From assembly GCF_009914755.1 (NCBI RefSeq), contig NC_060947.1: a DNA stretch of 64,000 nucleotides, one strand, 5' to 3'. The stretch is from the human T2T-CHM13v2.0 reference genome, Homo sapiens. Position numbers and translations under genes: made by a program. Below are positions 38,176 through 63,750 of this stretch, one piece after another. The notes below the pieces were generated by a model. The model had not been told where the DNA came from, made no database searches, and saw only the letters and a program-made list of their open reading frames with translations. Every line of letters begins with the position of its first letter. Positions within the stretch are counted from its first letter, which is position 1.

Positions 38176-38222
<47 letters not shown>

Positions 38223-38383
38223 GAAGGAAGGAAGGAAGGAAGGAAGGAAGGAAGGAAGGAAGGAAGGAGCGAGGGGAAAAGAAAAGAAAAAGAGAAGAAG
38301 AAGAAGAGGAGGAGGAGGAGGAAGGGAGAGAGGGAGGGAGAGAGGGAGGGAAAGAGAGAGAGAAAGAAAGAAAGAAAGAAAAA

Positions 38384-38419
<36 letters not shown>

Positions 38420-38556
38420 GAAAGAAAGAAAGAGAGAGAAAGAAAAAAGAAAGGAGGGAGTGAGGGAAGGAGAAAAGAAAAGAAAAAGAAGAAGAAGAAG
38501 AGAAGGAGGAAGGAGGAGGAGGAGGAAGGGAGAGAGGGAGGGAAAGAGAAAGAAAG

Positions 38557-38587
<31 letters not shown>

Positions 38588-38588
38588 G
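37852..38588 (+). mobile_element. AluJ-like element whose A tail has expanded into a ~450-bp polypurine compound microsatellite (38135-38588)
   Basis: (GAA)n/(GAAA)n/(GGAA)n/(GGA)n/(GAAAA)n blocks; TSD-like atcagta(a/g)cag on both sides. Confidence 0.9.
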
Positions 38589-40009
38589 ATCAGTAGCAGT
38601 AAGAAATCAGGAAAATTTCCAAACACATGGAAACTAACACATTCCTAAACCTATAGGTCAAAGAGGAAATCTCAAGGAAAATTAACAACACACTGAGGCC
38701 AGGCAAGGTGGCTCACACCTGTAATCCCAACACTTTGAATCCCCATCTCAAGTAAAAAAACAAACAAACAAAAAACTATACATTGAACTAAAGTTACAAC
38801 GTATCAAAAGTGTCTCTATTTCAAAGCGTCTGTATTTCAGATGACTGATAGTCTGTAAAACAACACCAAGCAATCTGCCACAAAATTCCTAGAACTAATA
38901 AATCAGTTCAGCAAAGCTGCCCCATACAAAATCAACATACAAAAATCAATCGTATTTGTATATACTAGCAATTAACAAGTAGAAACTGAAATAAAAAACA
39001 CAATACCATTTACAATGAACCCCCCCAAAAAACAAGTACATGTAATTCTAACTAAACCTATTCAAGAATTGTATACCGAAAACAAAACACAGACAAAAGA
39101 AATCAAAGTCTAAATATATGGAGAAGCTTACCATGTTTATGTATTATAAGACTCAACATAATAAAAATGTCAATTCTCCCCAAATTGATATACAGGTTTC
39201 AGGCAATTCCTATCAAAACCACAGCAAGATTTTTTTGGGGCAAAGACAGACAAAATAATTCTAAAATGTATATGGAAACATAAAGGAACTAAAATAGCTC
39301 CTTTTTAAAAAATCAAAGTGCTGGGATTAAAGGCATGAGCCACAGTACCCAGCCCCACTGATTATTTTAAATAAACTTTAGAATGATTTAGATTTATTGA
39401 AGAATTTCAAAGAGAGTACAGTTCCCATATACACTACACCCAATTCTTCTGTTATTAGCAGTGTATAATAGTATGGTACATGTGTCACAACTAGTGAATA
39501 TTGATACATTATTAAAGTCCATACTTTAATCAGATTTCCTTGGTTTTTACCTAAGGTCTTTTTACTTTTCCAAATCCCATCCAAGATCCCACATTACGTT
39601 TAGTCATCATGACTCCTTAGGCTCCTTTTAGCTCTGGTAGTTTCTCAGACTTTCCTTGTTCTTGATGACCTTGCCGGTTTTGAGAAGTACTGCTCAGGTA
39701 TTTTGGAGAATGTCTCTCAATTAAGATCTGTCTTAAGTTTTTATCATGATTACACTGGGATTATAAATTTTGGGGAGAAATACCACTGAGATAAAGTGCC
39801 ACTGTCATACATCATACCACAGGTATACACTATCAACATGATTTATCACTATTGATGTTGACCTTGATCACCTGGATAACGCAGTGTCAGGTTTCTCCAC
39901 TCTCAAATTACTCTTTCTTTCCTCCTTTCCATACTGCATCTTAGGAAGAAAATCACCATGTGCAGTCCACATTTATGCCCTCCTGAGGGTGAAATGGAAT
40001 ATCTACACA

Positions 40010-41372
<1,363 letters not shown>

Positions 41373-42385
41373 TATGAATGAACCCCCCCCCATTTTTCTA
41401 TATTCTCACAACACAGCAACAATCAACATGCATGACTTCTGTGACCAAATGGTTGGGAATTTTCCCCCATACCCCAAATAAGCAATCAATTTTGCAGTGG
41501 ACACCAGCTGGGCATCATCCAATTCAATTATGACACTATCTACCTGGAGATAGCATCAGATCCCACAGGCTGGGGGCTCGGTACCACAACACTACCCCAA
41601 TTCAGACACCAGACCCAAGTCCAGGTCTCTGGAACATCTCACTGACCAGATTCAAGTTGGGGTACCCATTACCCCCTCTTTGTGTTCTATTAATTTGATA
41701 GAGCGGCTCACCAAACTCAGGAAACCCCTTATGTTTACTGATTTATTATAAAAGATATTACAAAGGATACAGGTGAAGAGATACATAGAGCAAGGCATGT
41801 GGAAAGAGGAACAGGGCTTCCCTTCCCTACTTGGGCATACCACCCTCTGGGAACCTTCATGTGTTCATCTATCTGGAAGCTCTACAAACCCAGTTCTTTA
41901 GGCCTTTATGGAAGCTTCATTGTGTAGCCATGATTGATTAAACCATTGATTATTGGTGACCAACTTAACCTTCAGCCCCTCTTCCCTCCCTGGAGGTTGG
42001 GAGTGGGACTCAAGTCCCAACCCTCTATTCCTGCCTTAGTCTTTATGGTGACCACCCCCTATCGTGACGCTACCTAGAAGGTGCCAGGCATGGGTCCATT
42101 ATTAGCATACAAAAAGACATCACTTACAAGATTCGAATGATTTTAGGAGTTGTATGTCAGGAAACCTGCTCAAAGACCGAATACATATTTTGCAATATCA
42201 CAAGTCCCTACTCTCTACCCCTTAGAACCCTGCTGGCCTTACATCAGAAGGATACAGAATTCAAAAGATACTGGCACATTACTAGAATCCCATTCAATCA
42301 TTAATAATTAGTCCAGTCCATCATATTACATGAAAGTCTCCCAGCATGAAGCCACACAGGTTTGCAGGCTTCCATTCTACCCAAA
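41373..42385 (-). mobile_element. ERV LTR (MER21-like, ~41373-42202) with adjacent internal sequence
   Basis: gacttctgtgaccaaa, gacactatctacctggagatagcatcagatcccacagg, cattagcatacaaaaagaca-like motif, ending aatatcaca. Confidence 0.7.
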
Positions 42386-42483
42386 GTATGAGTGACAGGA
42401 ATGGAAAACCCAAACGTCGTATGTTCTCACTTACAAGTGGGAGCTAAGCTATGAGGACTCAAAGGCATAAGAATGACATAACA

Positions 42484-43114
<631 letters not shown>

Positions 43115-43124
43115 CTCAGTTTCT

Positions 43125-44065
<941 letters not shown>

Positions 44066-44139
44066 ATTTTTTAAAGAGAGGGAAAGCTACCCAATTTACT
44101 TATTGGTCTGATAGTAAAACAGTCTAGCTACAATGGCTT

Positions 44140-44520
44140 CCTTTCTCTTTCTTGAACCTACCAGAAACATGCTTACTTCAGAGCCATTATACTTTCTCTT
44201 CCCTCACATGTCTTTCCTAAAATGTCACCTTGTAAGAGAGCTGTTGCTGTAAATTCTTTTCTGAGATTGCATACCCCCCTACACACACACACTATGTATC
44301 CTAATTTCTGCTTATTTGTATCGTTAGCATTTGTCAACATCTAATATACTACATATTTAATAAATTGTCTTGTTTATGGTCTGTCTTCCCCATAGTAGAA
44401 TATAAGTTTCATGAGGGCAAAGATTTTTATCTATTTTATTCACTACTATATCAACATTCACTAGAACAGTACACAGAACACAGTATGGACTCAATAAATA
44501 CTTGTTGAATGAGTAAATGA
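44140..44520 (+). mobile_element. L2 3' end
   Basis: ctcaataaatacttgttgaatgagtaaatga terminus. Confidence 0.75.
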
Positions 44521-46428
44521 TAAAATGTACAAGAAAAAAATTATAGACCAATCTCATTCATGAAGATAAATGCAAAAATCCTAAACAGAATTTTGGTGAA
44601 TAAGCAACATATAAGAAATTGACTATACATCATGATTACGTATGGTTTAAGACTTTAAGGATAATTGAACATTAGAAAACCTATTATTGTAATTTATCAT
44701 ACATACAGACTGACAATAAAAAGCATTTGATTAAAATGCAGTACTCATCCATGAGGATCATTACAAAAAAAGGCATCCTCAGACTAGAAAGAACTTCATT
44801 AACCTGATGACCACTATCTATTAAAAGCTTACATCAAACATCAAATTTAATGGTGAAATTGTAGAAGCATTCCTATTAAAGCACAGATGAAGTCCAGAGT
44901 GTCCCTATAGCTCTTACTAATAGAAACTGTATGGCCATGCTAGCCAATGCATTTGGACATGGAAAAGTTAGATAAAGTGTAAAGGTTAGAAAGAAAGCCA
45001 TGAAGTAATAAATATTTATAGGTGACATGATATTACCAGTAAGAAAATACAAACAAACCTACAGGCAAACCATTAGAAATAATGACAGTTCATCAAAGTT
45101 ACTGGATACAAGATCAACAATATGAAAATCAATTGAATTCCAAATGTTCAAAATAAACAATTAGGCTGGGCATGGTGGCTCTTGCCTTTAATCCCAGCAA
45201 CTTGGGAGACCCAGGCAAGAGGATCATTTGAGCCCAGGAGTTCAAGATGAGCCTGGGCAAACCGGTAAGACTCCGTCTCTACAAAAATTAAAAAAAAAAA
45301 AAAATAGCCAGGTATGGTGGTGCGCGCTGTAGTCCCAGCTACTCCAGAGGCTGACGTGGGAGGAGGATCACTTGAGCCTGGGAGTTCAAGGCTGCAGTGT
45401 CAGATGTGTTCATGCTACTGCACTCCAACCTGGGCGACACAGTGATACCTTTTCTCAAAAAAAAAAAAAAATCTAAAAATAAAAATAAATAATAATTAGA
45501 AAATACTTTAAAGGGGTTCATCATAGCAACTAAACATGTAAATTACCTTAAAATGAATTTAAGAAAAAATGTGCATGAATTTCATATTAAAAATTTTAGA
45601 CAGACTGGGTGCAGTGGCTCACGCCTGTAATCCCAACACTTTGGGAGGCCAAGGTGGGAGGATTGCTTGAGCCCAGGAGTTTGACACCAGCCTGGGCAAC
45701 ATAAGGAGACCCCATATCCACAAAAGTAAAAAAAAAAAAAAAAATTTGATGGGCATGGTGGAGTGCACTTGCAGTCCCAGCTACGCGGGAGGCTGAGGTC
45801 GGAGGATCACTTGAGCTTGGGAGGTCAAGGCTGCAGTGAGCTATGATCATGCCACTTCACTCAAGTTGGGGCAACAGAGCAAAGCACTGTCTCTTAAAAA
45901 AATTAAACAATATTGAAAGATACAAATGACCCCTGATAGTTGAAACAATTACCCATATTCATACATGAGAAAACTCATGGGGTCTGTTCTCTCAATCAAT
46001 CTATAAAGTCATGCAATTCTAATCTGTAGGTTTTTTTTTAATGGAACTTGATGAACTCAGTCATTCAATAGAGAAGTGCCAATCTAAAAACAGTTAAGAA
46101 AGTACTGGAAAACAATTTAATCAGACTCTCCAATAAGCTAGACTTCTTACAAGCTACAATAATCAAGACAGTCTAGTTGCCGGGATAGACAAATAGCCAG
46201 GTGGACCAGAAATGGAAATCTCTGATATAGATGCACATATATATAAAAAATTATGATATGACACAGGAAACATCACAAACTATTGAAAAAAGTGAATATT
46301 ATTACATAAAATATGTTGGATTAATTGGCCATCTATATACAAATCTAGATGTCTATCTCATACCATACACAAAAATAAAACTACATGGATTATAATCTAA
46401 ATGTGAAAAGCAAAATTTTTAAACTTTT

Positions 46429-49292
46429 GGATAAAGACCACAGTCTCCCTCTCCCTCTCCCGTCTCCCTCTCCCTCTCCCGTCTCCCTCTCCCGTCTCCC
46501 TCTCCCTCTCCCGTCTCCCTCTCCCTCTCCCGTCTCCCTCTCCCTCTCCCGTCTCCCTCTCCCTCTCCCGTCTCCCTCTCCCTCTCCCGTCTCCCTCTCC
46601 CTCTCCCGTCTCCCTCTCCCTCTCCCGTCTCCCTCTCCCTCTCCCGTCTCCCTCTCCCTCTCCCGTCTCCCTCTCCCGTCTCCCTCTCCCTCTCCCGTCT
46701 CCCTCTCCCTCTCCCGTCTCCCTCTCCCTCTCCCGTCTCCCTCTCCCTCTCATGCCGAGCCAAAGCTGGACGGTACTGCTGCCATCTCGGCTCACTGCAA
46801 CCTCCCTGCCTGATTCTCCTGCCTCAGCCTGCTGAGTGCCTGCGATTGCAGGCGCGCGCCGCCACGCCTGACTGGTTTTCGTTTTTTTTTGGTGGAGATG
46901 GGGTTTCGCTGTGTTGGCCGGGCTGGTCTCCAGCTCCTAACCGCGAGTGATCCGCCAGCCTCGGCCTCCCGAGGTGCCGGGATTGCAGATGGAGTCTCGT
47001 TCACTCAGTGCTCAATGGTGCCCAGGCTGGAGTGCAGTGGCGTGATCTCGGCTCGCTACAACCACCTCCCAGCCGCCTGCCTTGGCCTCCCAAAGAGCCG
47101 AGATTGCAGCCTCTGCCCGGCCGCCACCCCGTCTGGGAAGTGAGGAGCGTCTCTGCTTGGCCACCCATCGTCTGGGATATGAGGAGCCCCTCTGCCTGGC
47201 TGCCCAGTGTGGAAAGTGAGGAGCGTCTCTGCCCGGCCGCCATCCCGTCTAGGAAGCGAGAAGCGCCTCTTCCCCGCCGCCATCCCATCTAGGAAGTGAG
47301 GAGCGTCTCTGCCCGGCCGCCCATCGTCTGAGATGTGGGGAGCACCTCTGCCCCACCGCCCTGTCTGGGATGTGAGGAGCGCCTCTGCTGGGCCGCAACC
47401 CTGTCTGGGAGGTGAGGAGTGTCTCTGCCCGGCCGCTCCGTCTGAGAAGTGAGGAAACCCTCTGCCTGGCAACCGCCCCGTCTGAGAAGTGAGGAGCCCC
47501 TCCGTCTGGCAACCACCCCGTCTGGGAAGTGAGGAGCGTCTCCGCCCGGCAGCCACCCCGTCCGGGAGGGAGGTGGGGGGGGTCAGCCCCCCGCCCGGCC
47601 AGCCGCCCCGTCCGGGAGGTGAGGGGCTCCTCTGCCCGGCCGCCCCTACTGGGAAGTGAGGAGCCCCTCTGCCCGGCCAGCCGCCCCGTCCGGGAGGGAG
47701 GCGGGGGGGGGGGGGGGGGGGTCGGCCAGCCGCCCCGGCCGGGAGGTGAGGGGCTCCTCTGCCCGGCCGCCCCTACTGGGAAGTGAGGAGCCCCTCTGCC
47801 CGGCCAGTCGCCCCGTCCAGGAGGGAGGTGGGGGGGTCAACCCCCCGCCCGGCCAGCCGCCCAGTCCGGGAGGGAGGTGGGGGGTCAGCCCCCCGCCTGG
47901 CCAGCCGCCCCGTCCGGGAGGTGAGGGGCGCCTCTGCCCGGCCGCCCCTACTGGGAAGTGAGGAGCCCCTCTGCCCGGCCAGCCGCCCCGCCCAGGAGGG
48001 AGGTGGGGGGGTCAGCCCCCCGCCTGGCCAGCCGCCCCATCCGGGAGGGAGGTGGGGGGGTCAGCCCCCCGCCCGGCCAGCCGCCTCGTCCGGGAGGGGG
48101 GAGGGGGGGTCAGCCCCCTGCCCGGCCAGCCGCCCCGTCCGGGAGGGAGGTGGGGGGGGTCAGCCCCCCGCCCGGCCAGCCGCCCCGTCCGGGAGGGAGG
48201 TGGGGGGATCAGCCCCCTGCCTGGCCAGCCGCCCCGTCCGGGAGGTGAGGGGCGCCTCTGCCCGGCCGCCCCTACTGGGAAGTGAGGACCCCTCTGCCCG
48301 GCCAGCCGCCCCGTCCGGGAGGGAGGTGGGGGGGGTCAGCCCCCCGCCCGGCCAGCCGCCCCGTCCGGGAGGGAGGTGGGGGGATCAGCCCCCTGCCTGG
48401 CCAGCCGCCCCGTCCGGGAGGTGAGGGGCGCCTCTGCCCGGCCGCCCCTACTGGGAAGTGAGGACCCCTCTGCCTGGCCAGCCGCCCCGTCCGGGAGGGA
48501 GGTGGGGGGAACAGCCCCCGCCCGGCCAGCCGCCCTATCCAGGAGGTGAGGGGCGCCTCTGCCCGGCCGCCCCTACTGGGAAGTGAGGAGCCCCTCTGCC
48601 TGGCCAGCCGCCCCGTCCGGGAGGGCGGTGGGGGGGTCAGCCCCCCGCCCGGCCAGCCGCCCCATCTGGGAGGTGAGGGGCACTTCTGCCGGGCCGCCCC
48701 TACTGGGAAGTGAGGAGCCCCTCTGCCCGGCCACGACCCCGTCTGGGAGGTGTGCCCAGCGGCTCATTGGGGATGGGCCATGATGACAATGGCGGTTTTG
48801 TGGAATAGAAAGGCGGGAAGGGTGGGGAAAAAATTGAGAAATCGGATGGTTGCTGGGTCTGTGTGGATAGAAGTAGACATGGGAGACTTTTCATTTTGTT
48901 CTGTACTAAGAAAAATTCTTCTGCCTTGGGATCCTGTTGATCTGTGACCTTATCCCCAACCCTGTGCTCTCTGAGACATGTGCTGTGTCCACTCAGGGTT
49001 AGATGGATTAAGGGCGGTGCAAGATGTGCTTTGTTGAACAGATGCTTGAGGGCAGCATGCTCGTTGAGAGTCATCACCACTCCCTAATCTTAAGTACCCA
49101 GGGACACAAACGCTGCGGAAGGCCGCAGGGTCCTCTGCCTAGGAAAACCAGAGACCTTTGTTCACTTGTTTATCTGCTGACCTTCCCTCCACTATTGTCC
49201 TATGACCCTGCCAAATCCCCCTCTGCGAGAAACACCCAAGAATGATCAATAAAAATAAAAAATAAAAAAAATAAAAAAAAAAAAAAAAAAAA
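46429..49292 (+). mobile_element. SVA retrotransposon with all domains, SVA_F-like, antisense to OPHN1
   Basis: Hexamer array 46445-46750, Alu-like domain ~46751-47130, GC-rich VNTR ~47130-48750, SINE-R ~48750-49250, AATAAA 49248-49253, then poly(A). TSD aaaatttttaaactttt (46412-46428) / aaaattttaaactttt (49289-49304). Motifs ggacggtact and agcggctcattggggatgggcc resemble SVA_F as I recall it; the subfamily is less certain than the family. Confidence 0.96.
46445..46750 (+). repeat. SVA (CCCTCT)n hexamer array interrupted by CCCGTCT heptamers
   Basis: Directly visible ~306-bp array. Confidence 0.97.
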
Positions 49293-49300
49293 TTTTAAAC

Positions 49301-49902
<602 letters not shown>

Positions 49903-50411
49903 AAAACTTTTAAACTTTTAAAAGAACACAAGAAAACATCTCTAACTTCAGCATAGGAAAGAATTTCTTAAATAAGATGCAAAAAGTACAAGTAATAAAG
50001 GAAAATAAATATATTTTAACAGTTAAAAACTTCTGCATGACAAAAAATACAGGAAATAAAATGAAAGGAGGATAAAAATTAACAGTATAGTTGACTTTGG
50101 CAATGGGGAATACTAGGAATAGGGGAAATTATTTGTAACATATATAACAAATAAAATACTAACTTCTAAAATATAGAAAGGACTCTTATAAATCAATAAT
50201 GAAGACCAAAAACCCAAAAGAAAAATGGGCAAATACTACAAAAATAAGCACGTCACAAAAAAGAAAATATGAATGGCTAATAAACACATTGTAACATACT
50301 CAATTAGTAGTTAGGAAAACAAAAATTAAGGAATAATGAGATACCATTTCACATCCGTCAGATTGGCAAAATGTTTAAGGTCTGGCCATTTCAAATCTTT
50401 TTATTTTTTGA

Positions 50412-50708
<297 letters not shown>

Positions 50709-50967
50709 TGAACAAATGGATAAAGTGGATAGTCTTATATTTGTTGGTGTAAGTATAAATGTGTATAAGCACTCAGGAATACAATTTGGAAATATCTGTA
50801 GTATTAACAATGCTCATAATCTGAGTAACTCTTGCACACTGCCCAGGAAGGCATAGATAAGGATGTTCATTGGCATATTATGGGAAATAATGAAATATTA
50901 GAAATAGCCTACATGCCCATTTATAAGTAAATGAATAAATAAATATGTAGTATATAGTAGGATTGAA

Positions 50968-51947
<980 letters not shown>

Positions 51948-52274
51948 AATATTCATAACAGAAGTGTCCTAGTGAGTATTATAAGTTAATGAATCCCAGC
52001 ATGGCAACAAGTGCCTTTAGTTCCAGCTACTTGGGAGGCTGAGGCAGGAGGATCATTTGAGCCCAGGCGTTCGAGCCCAACCTGGGCAACATAGTGAGAC
52101 TCTGCCTCTTTAAAAAAAAAGTGAAGAATGAATTATATCTATATACTGTATATCAACATGAAAATATCTAAAATTCGAAAAAGAACAATGCTAAGTGGAA
52201 AAAAAAACAAGTTGAAGTACATATAGTATGATTCCACTTGTAAAAAAAATTTAAATATACAAAACATTTCCAGC

Positions 52275-52783
52275 ACAAATATATATTTATATCTCTATAT
52301 AATATTCATAGTATCTATAAATATAAGCATTTATATATTTATATAACTAAAATATTTAATATAACTATTAAATATAGATTTATTAAATATATTACATATT
52401 AATATATTTAAATATATATTTGGCATGCATTCTTCTTGGCCATGTTTTCTATTCCATATATATAGACACAAACAACAAATGTATACATCTAGTATATATC
52501 TAATATATATCTCATATATAATATACATAAGATGTATAATTCTGTAAAAGTATACTTATATAATGTACATAAAATTATATATATAATTTATATAGTTATG
52601 TTTATATAATTTATGTAAAATTATATTGTACTTGTATAATTTATATATGATTATATACAATATAGTACATAATTATATAATAGTTATATCTTATAATTAT
52701 AATGTATTGTATTAATTATATATTAGTAGATATATGTATTAATATATAATTATATTACATAATGATTATAATATTATATATAA
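52275..52783. repeat. AT-rich degenerate (TA)n low-complexity tract
   Basis: Directly visible. Confidence 0.9.
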
Positions 52784-52925
52784 ACAGAAAACATTGCCAA
52801 GAAGGATAAATACCAAATTCAGCATTGTGGCTGCCCTTGGTGAGAGAAAGTAATAAGGACTGGGGAAAGAGGTAAACGCAGATTTCACTATCTCTATGTT
52901 TTACTTAGAAAATGAGATCGATCTG

Positions 52926-53585
<660 letters not shown>

Positions 53586-54834
53586 TTATCTTGAGGACAT
53601 GTGTACACAGTGTCTATTTTATGACTCTGTGCTTTTAAATTTGCATTAATAATGATGATGATGAAAATAACTAGCTTTTTGCTGTGTCTCCTGTGCTCTT
53701 TCCAAGGCAGAGAACTTTTTTTTTCATTTCCAACATGACGTTTGTGGCAGCAACTGGCAGTTAAGCATTCACTAGCAGCTGGGGTTAGAGACATGGTGAG
53801 AAACCCAAAGAAAATGTGAAAATCTGGCACCCAAATAGGCGCCTGGTGTTGCCAGTGCTTATTGCTTGCTGTGACTTTTGAAGCTTGTATTGGATTCCAA
53901 GTTCAGAGTGATGACTTTTGGGAGAATTCCACCTTTGTGATCCGTTCTTAAAGTTATCACCAATAGTTAAGAACCTGGCCACAGCCGAGGGAAAGGTTAT
54001 ACCACTTGGGTATTTAATCTGCCTTGGAGACTGCAGAGCTTCCTGGGTCCTGTTTAGACTTATTAACATCTGAAAAGCTTGCCTTTTTCAAATTTGCTGA
54101 ATACTGAGCCTTTCCTCTGATTCCCAAGGGAAAACTCCAGTTCTTTTTGGCAGAGCCTCTGCTAAAGACTCAGCCTTTGAGAGAACAAAGCAGGAGATTT
54201 CTGGGCCAAAAAACGATAGGGGGAAAATCTTTATAACCTCCCAACCATTTCTATTACCTCTAAATGATAATTTATGGAAATTAAAAAAAAAAAACAGCAA
54301 AGAGCTTAAAGCCTTCAAACCATAGGAACACAGGCTGCTACTGTGCCTGTACACGAATCTTCAGTAAATAAAGCAAACAGATTCTGCTGCCTGGATGCAG
54401 GAATAATAGAAAATGGGAGCTAATTTGTTTCTTTAGTGCCAAGATAACAATATTCTTCAGAAACTGACCACTCCATCACTAGCTAGCCTCATTCAAATTT
54501 ACAGAGAAAGGAACCGAAACACTAAAACTTCAAGTTCACATTCTAGCCCCTGTTAAGCCATAGTATATATAACGGTGGCCATAAAATGCATGCAAAAATA
54601 AATAAATACTTATTTTTTTAAAAAAAGGCCAGGCGTGGTGGTTCATGCCTGTAATCTTAGTACAGGCAGGAAGATCACCTTAGGCCAGGAGTTTGAGACC
54701 AGCCTGGGATACATAGTGAGACCCCCATCTCTACAAATAATAATAATAATAATAATAATAGAATGCATGCAAATGTCATATAATGTAATAATATTCATCC
54801 AATAAGATTAGTGGTTTAAAGCACACACACATGC

Positions 54835-55677
<843 letters not shown>

Positions 55678-56109
55678 GTAACAGCATGTTTTAAATAGAC
55701 TAAGGTAAGAATTATATTTTAAAGATTTTATTTCTGTAAAACCACTAATTTTAAAATAGAAAGATTAAAGTACAATCCAGTAAGGAAGTATGACTTCCCC
55801 TAAGTCAAAGAAGTAACTAGTTTAGTGTAAGAGCTAAGTGTTAACATGCTTTAGCTACTGATATGACAGGACAAGATTTTGAGCTTTTGTTGGTGAGGAG
55901 GTGGGAGAATGCAACAAAATGCTCTTAGTATTTTAATATACACAATTTTTCTCCTAGCTCTCCTGTGGATTTTGATGCAGTTTGATCTTTGTGTACTTAC
56001 ATTTTGATATCGATGAATTTCCATATAGTTAGACTTTGATGCAGCTGGATTGATGTTGAATTTCAATGTATAAATTCCAATACAATTCAAAAACTAAATT
56101 GGATTTCTA

Positions 56110-62500
<6,391 letters not shown>

Positions 62501-62506
62501 AAGAAG

Positions 62507-62570
62507 AACCACCACCATGTGGCCTGCCTCACATCAATTAAACATTTTTTTACTGCAAAAAAAAAAAAAA
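62507..62570 (+). other. Short polyadenylated retroposed fragment
   Basis: ATTAAA at 62537-62542, A14 at 62557-62570, then tgaag completing a copy of aaaaatgaag seen at ~62184-62193. Confidence 0.55.
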
Positions 62571-63009
62571 TGAAGTTGTAATAGAATTAAAATATCACCA
62601 TTGTGCAACCCATAATTAAATAGCATATCTAAGCAATAACTGCTAAGACCATTAGGTGAAAGAAAAGCTGATGGGAAATTTCAAAATGCAAGGATCAAGC
62701 TGAAAACCCCTACAAACACTGATGAATCTTAAGATCACAGAAAATAGAAGAAGATAACCAGATATTATGAACCTCCTATATCAGGCAATATAATACACAC
62801 ACTTTCAAAAAAAAAAAACCCTAAACCTAAATCTGATCAAACATCCAGATCTATATTTTTCCTATAAACATATAGGAAACAGGGGAACATGTAAAATGAC
62901 AACATGATTATGCGATCAGTAAAATGTAGAATATGGCAAACTCTATAGGTCAAACTACCAATTTATTCAACAAGGAAATTGTAGAAAGAAAAAGGAGGTG
63001 GCATTTTTA

Positions 63010-63750
<741 letters not shown>

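Noticed and set aside
47130-48750. CpG-island-like region or CRISPR-like repeat array
   Set aside because: It is the SVA VNTR: tandem units without unique spacers, not a gene promoter.
46385-49245. Many overlapping Pro/Arg/Gly-rich ORFs, up to 213 aa
   Set aside because: They arise from the stop-poor GC-rich SVA hexamer and VNTR repeats; SVA is non-coding.
52275-52783. AT-rich tract as a cruciform or fragile site
   Set aside because: Highly interrupted, with no long perfect (TA)n or palindrome seen.
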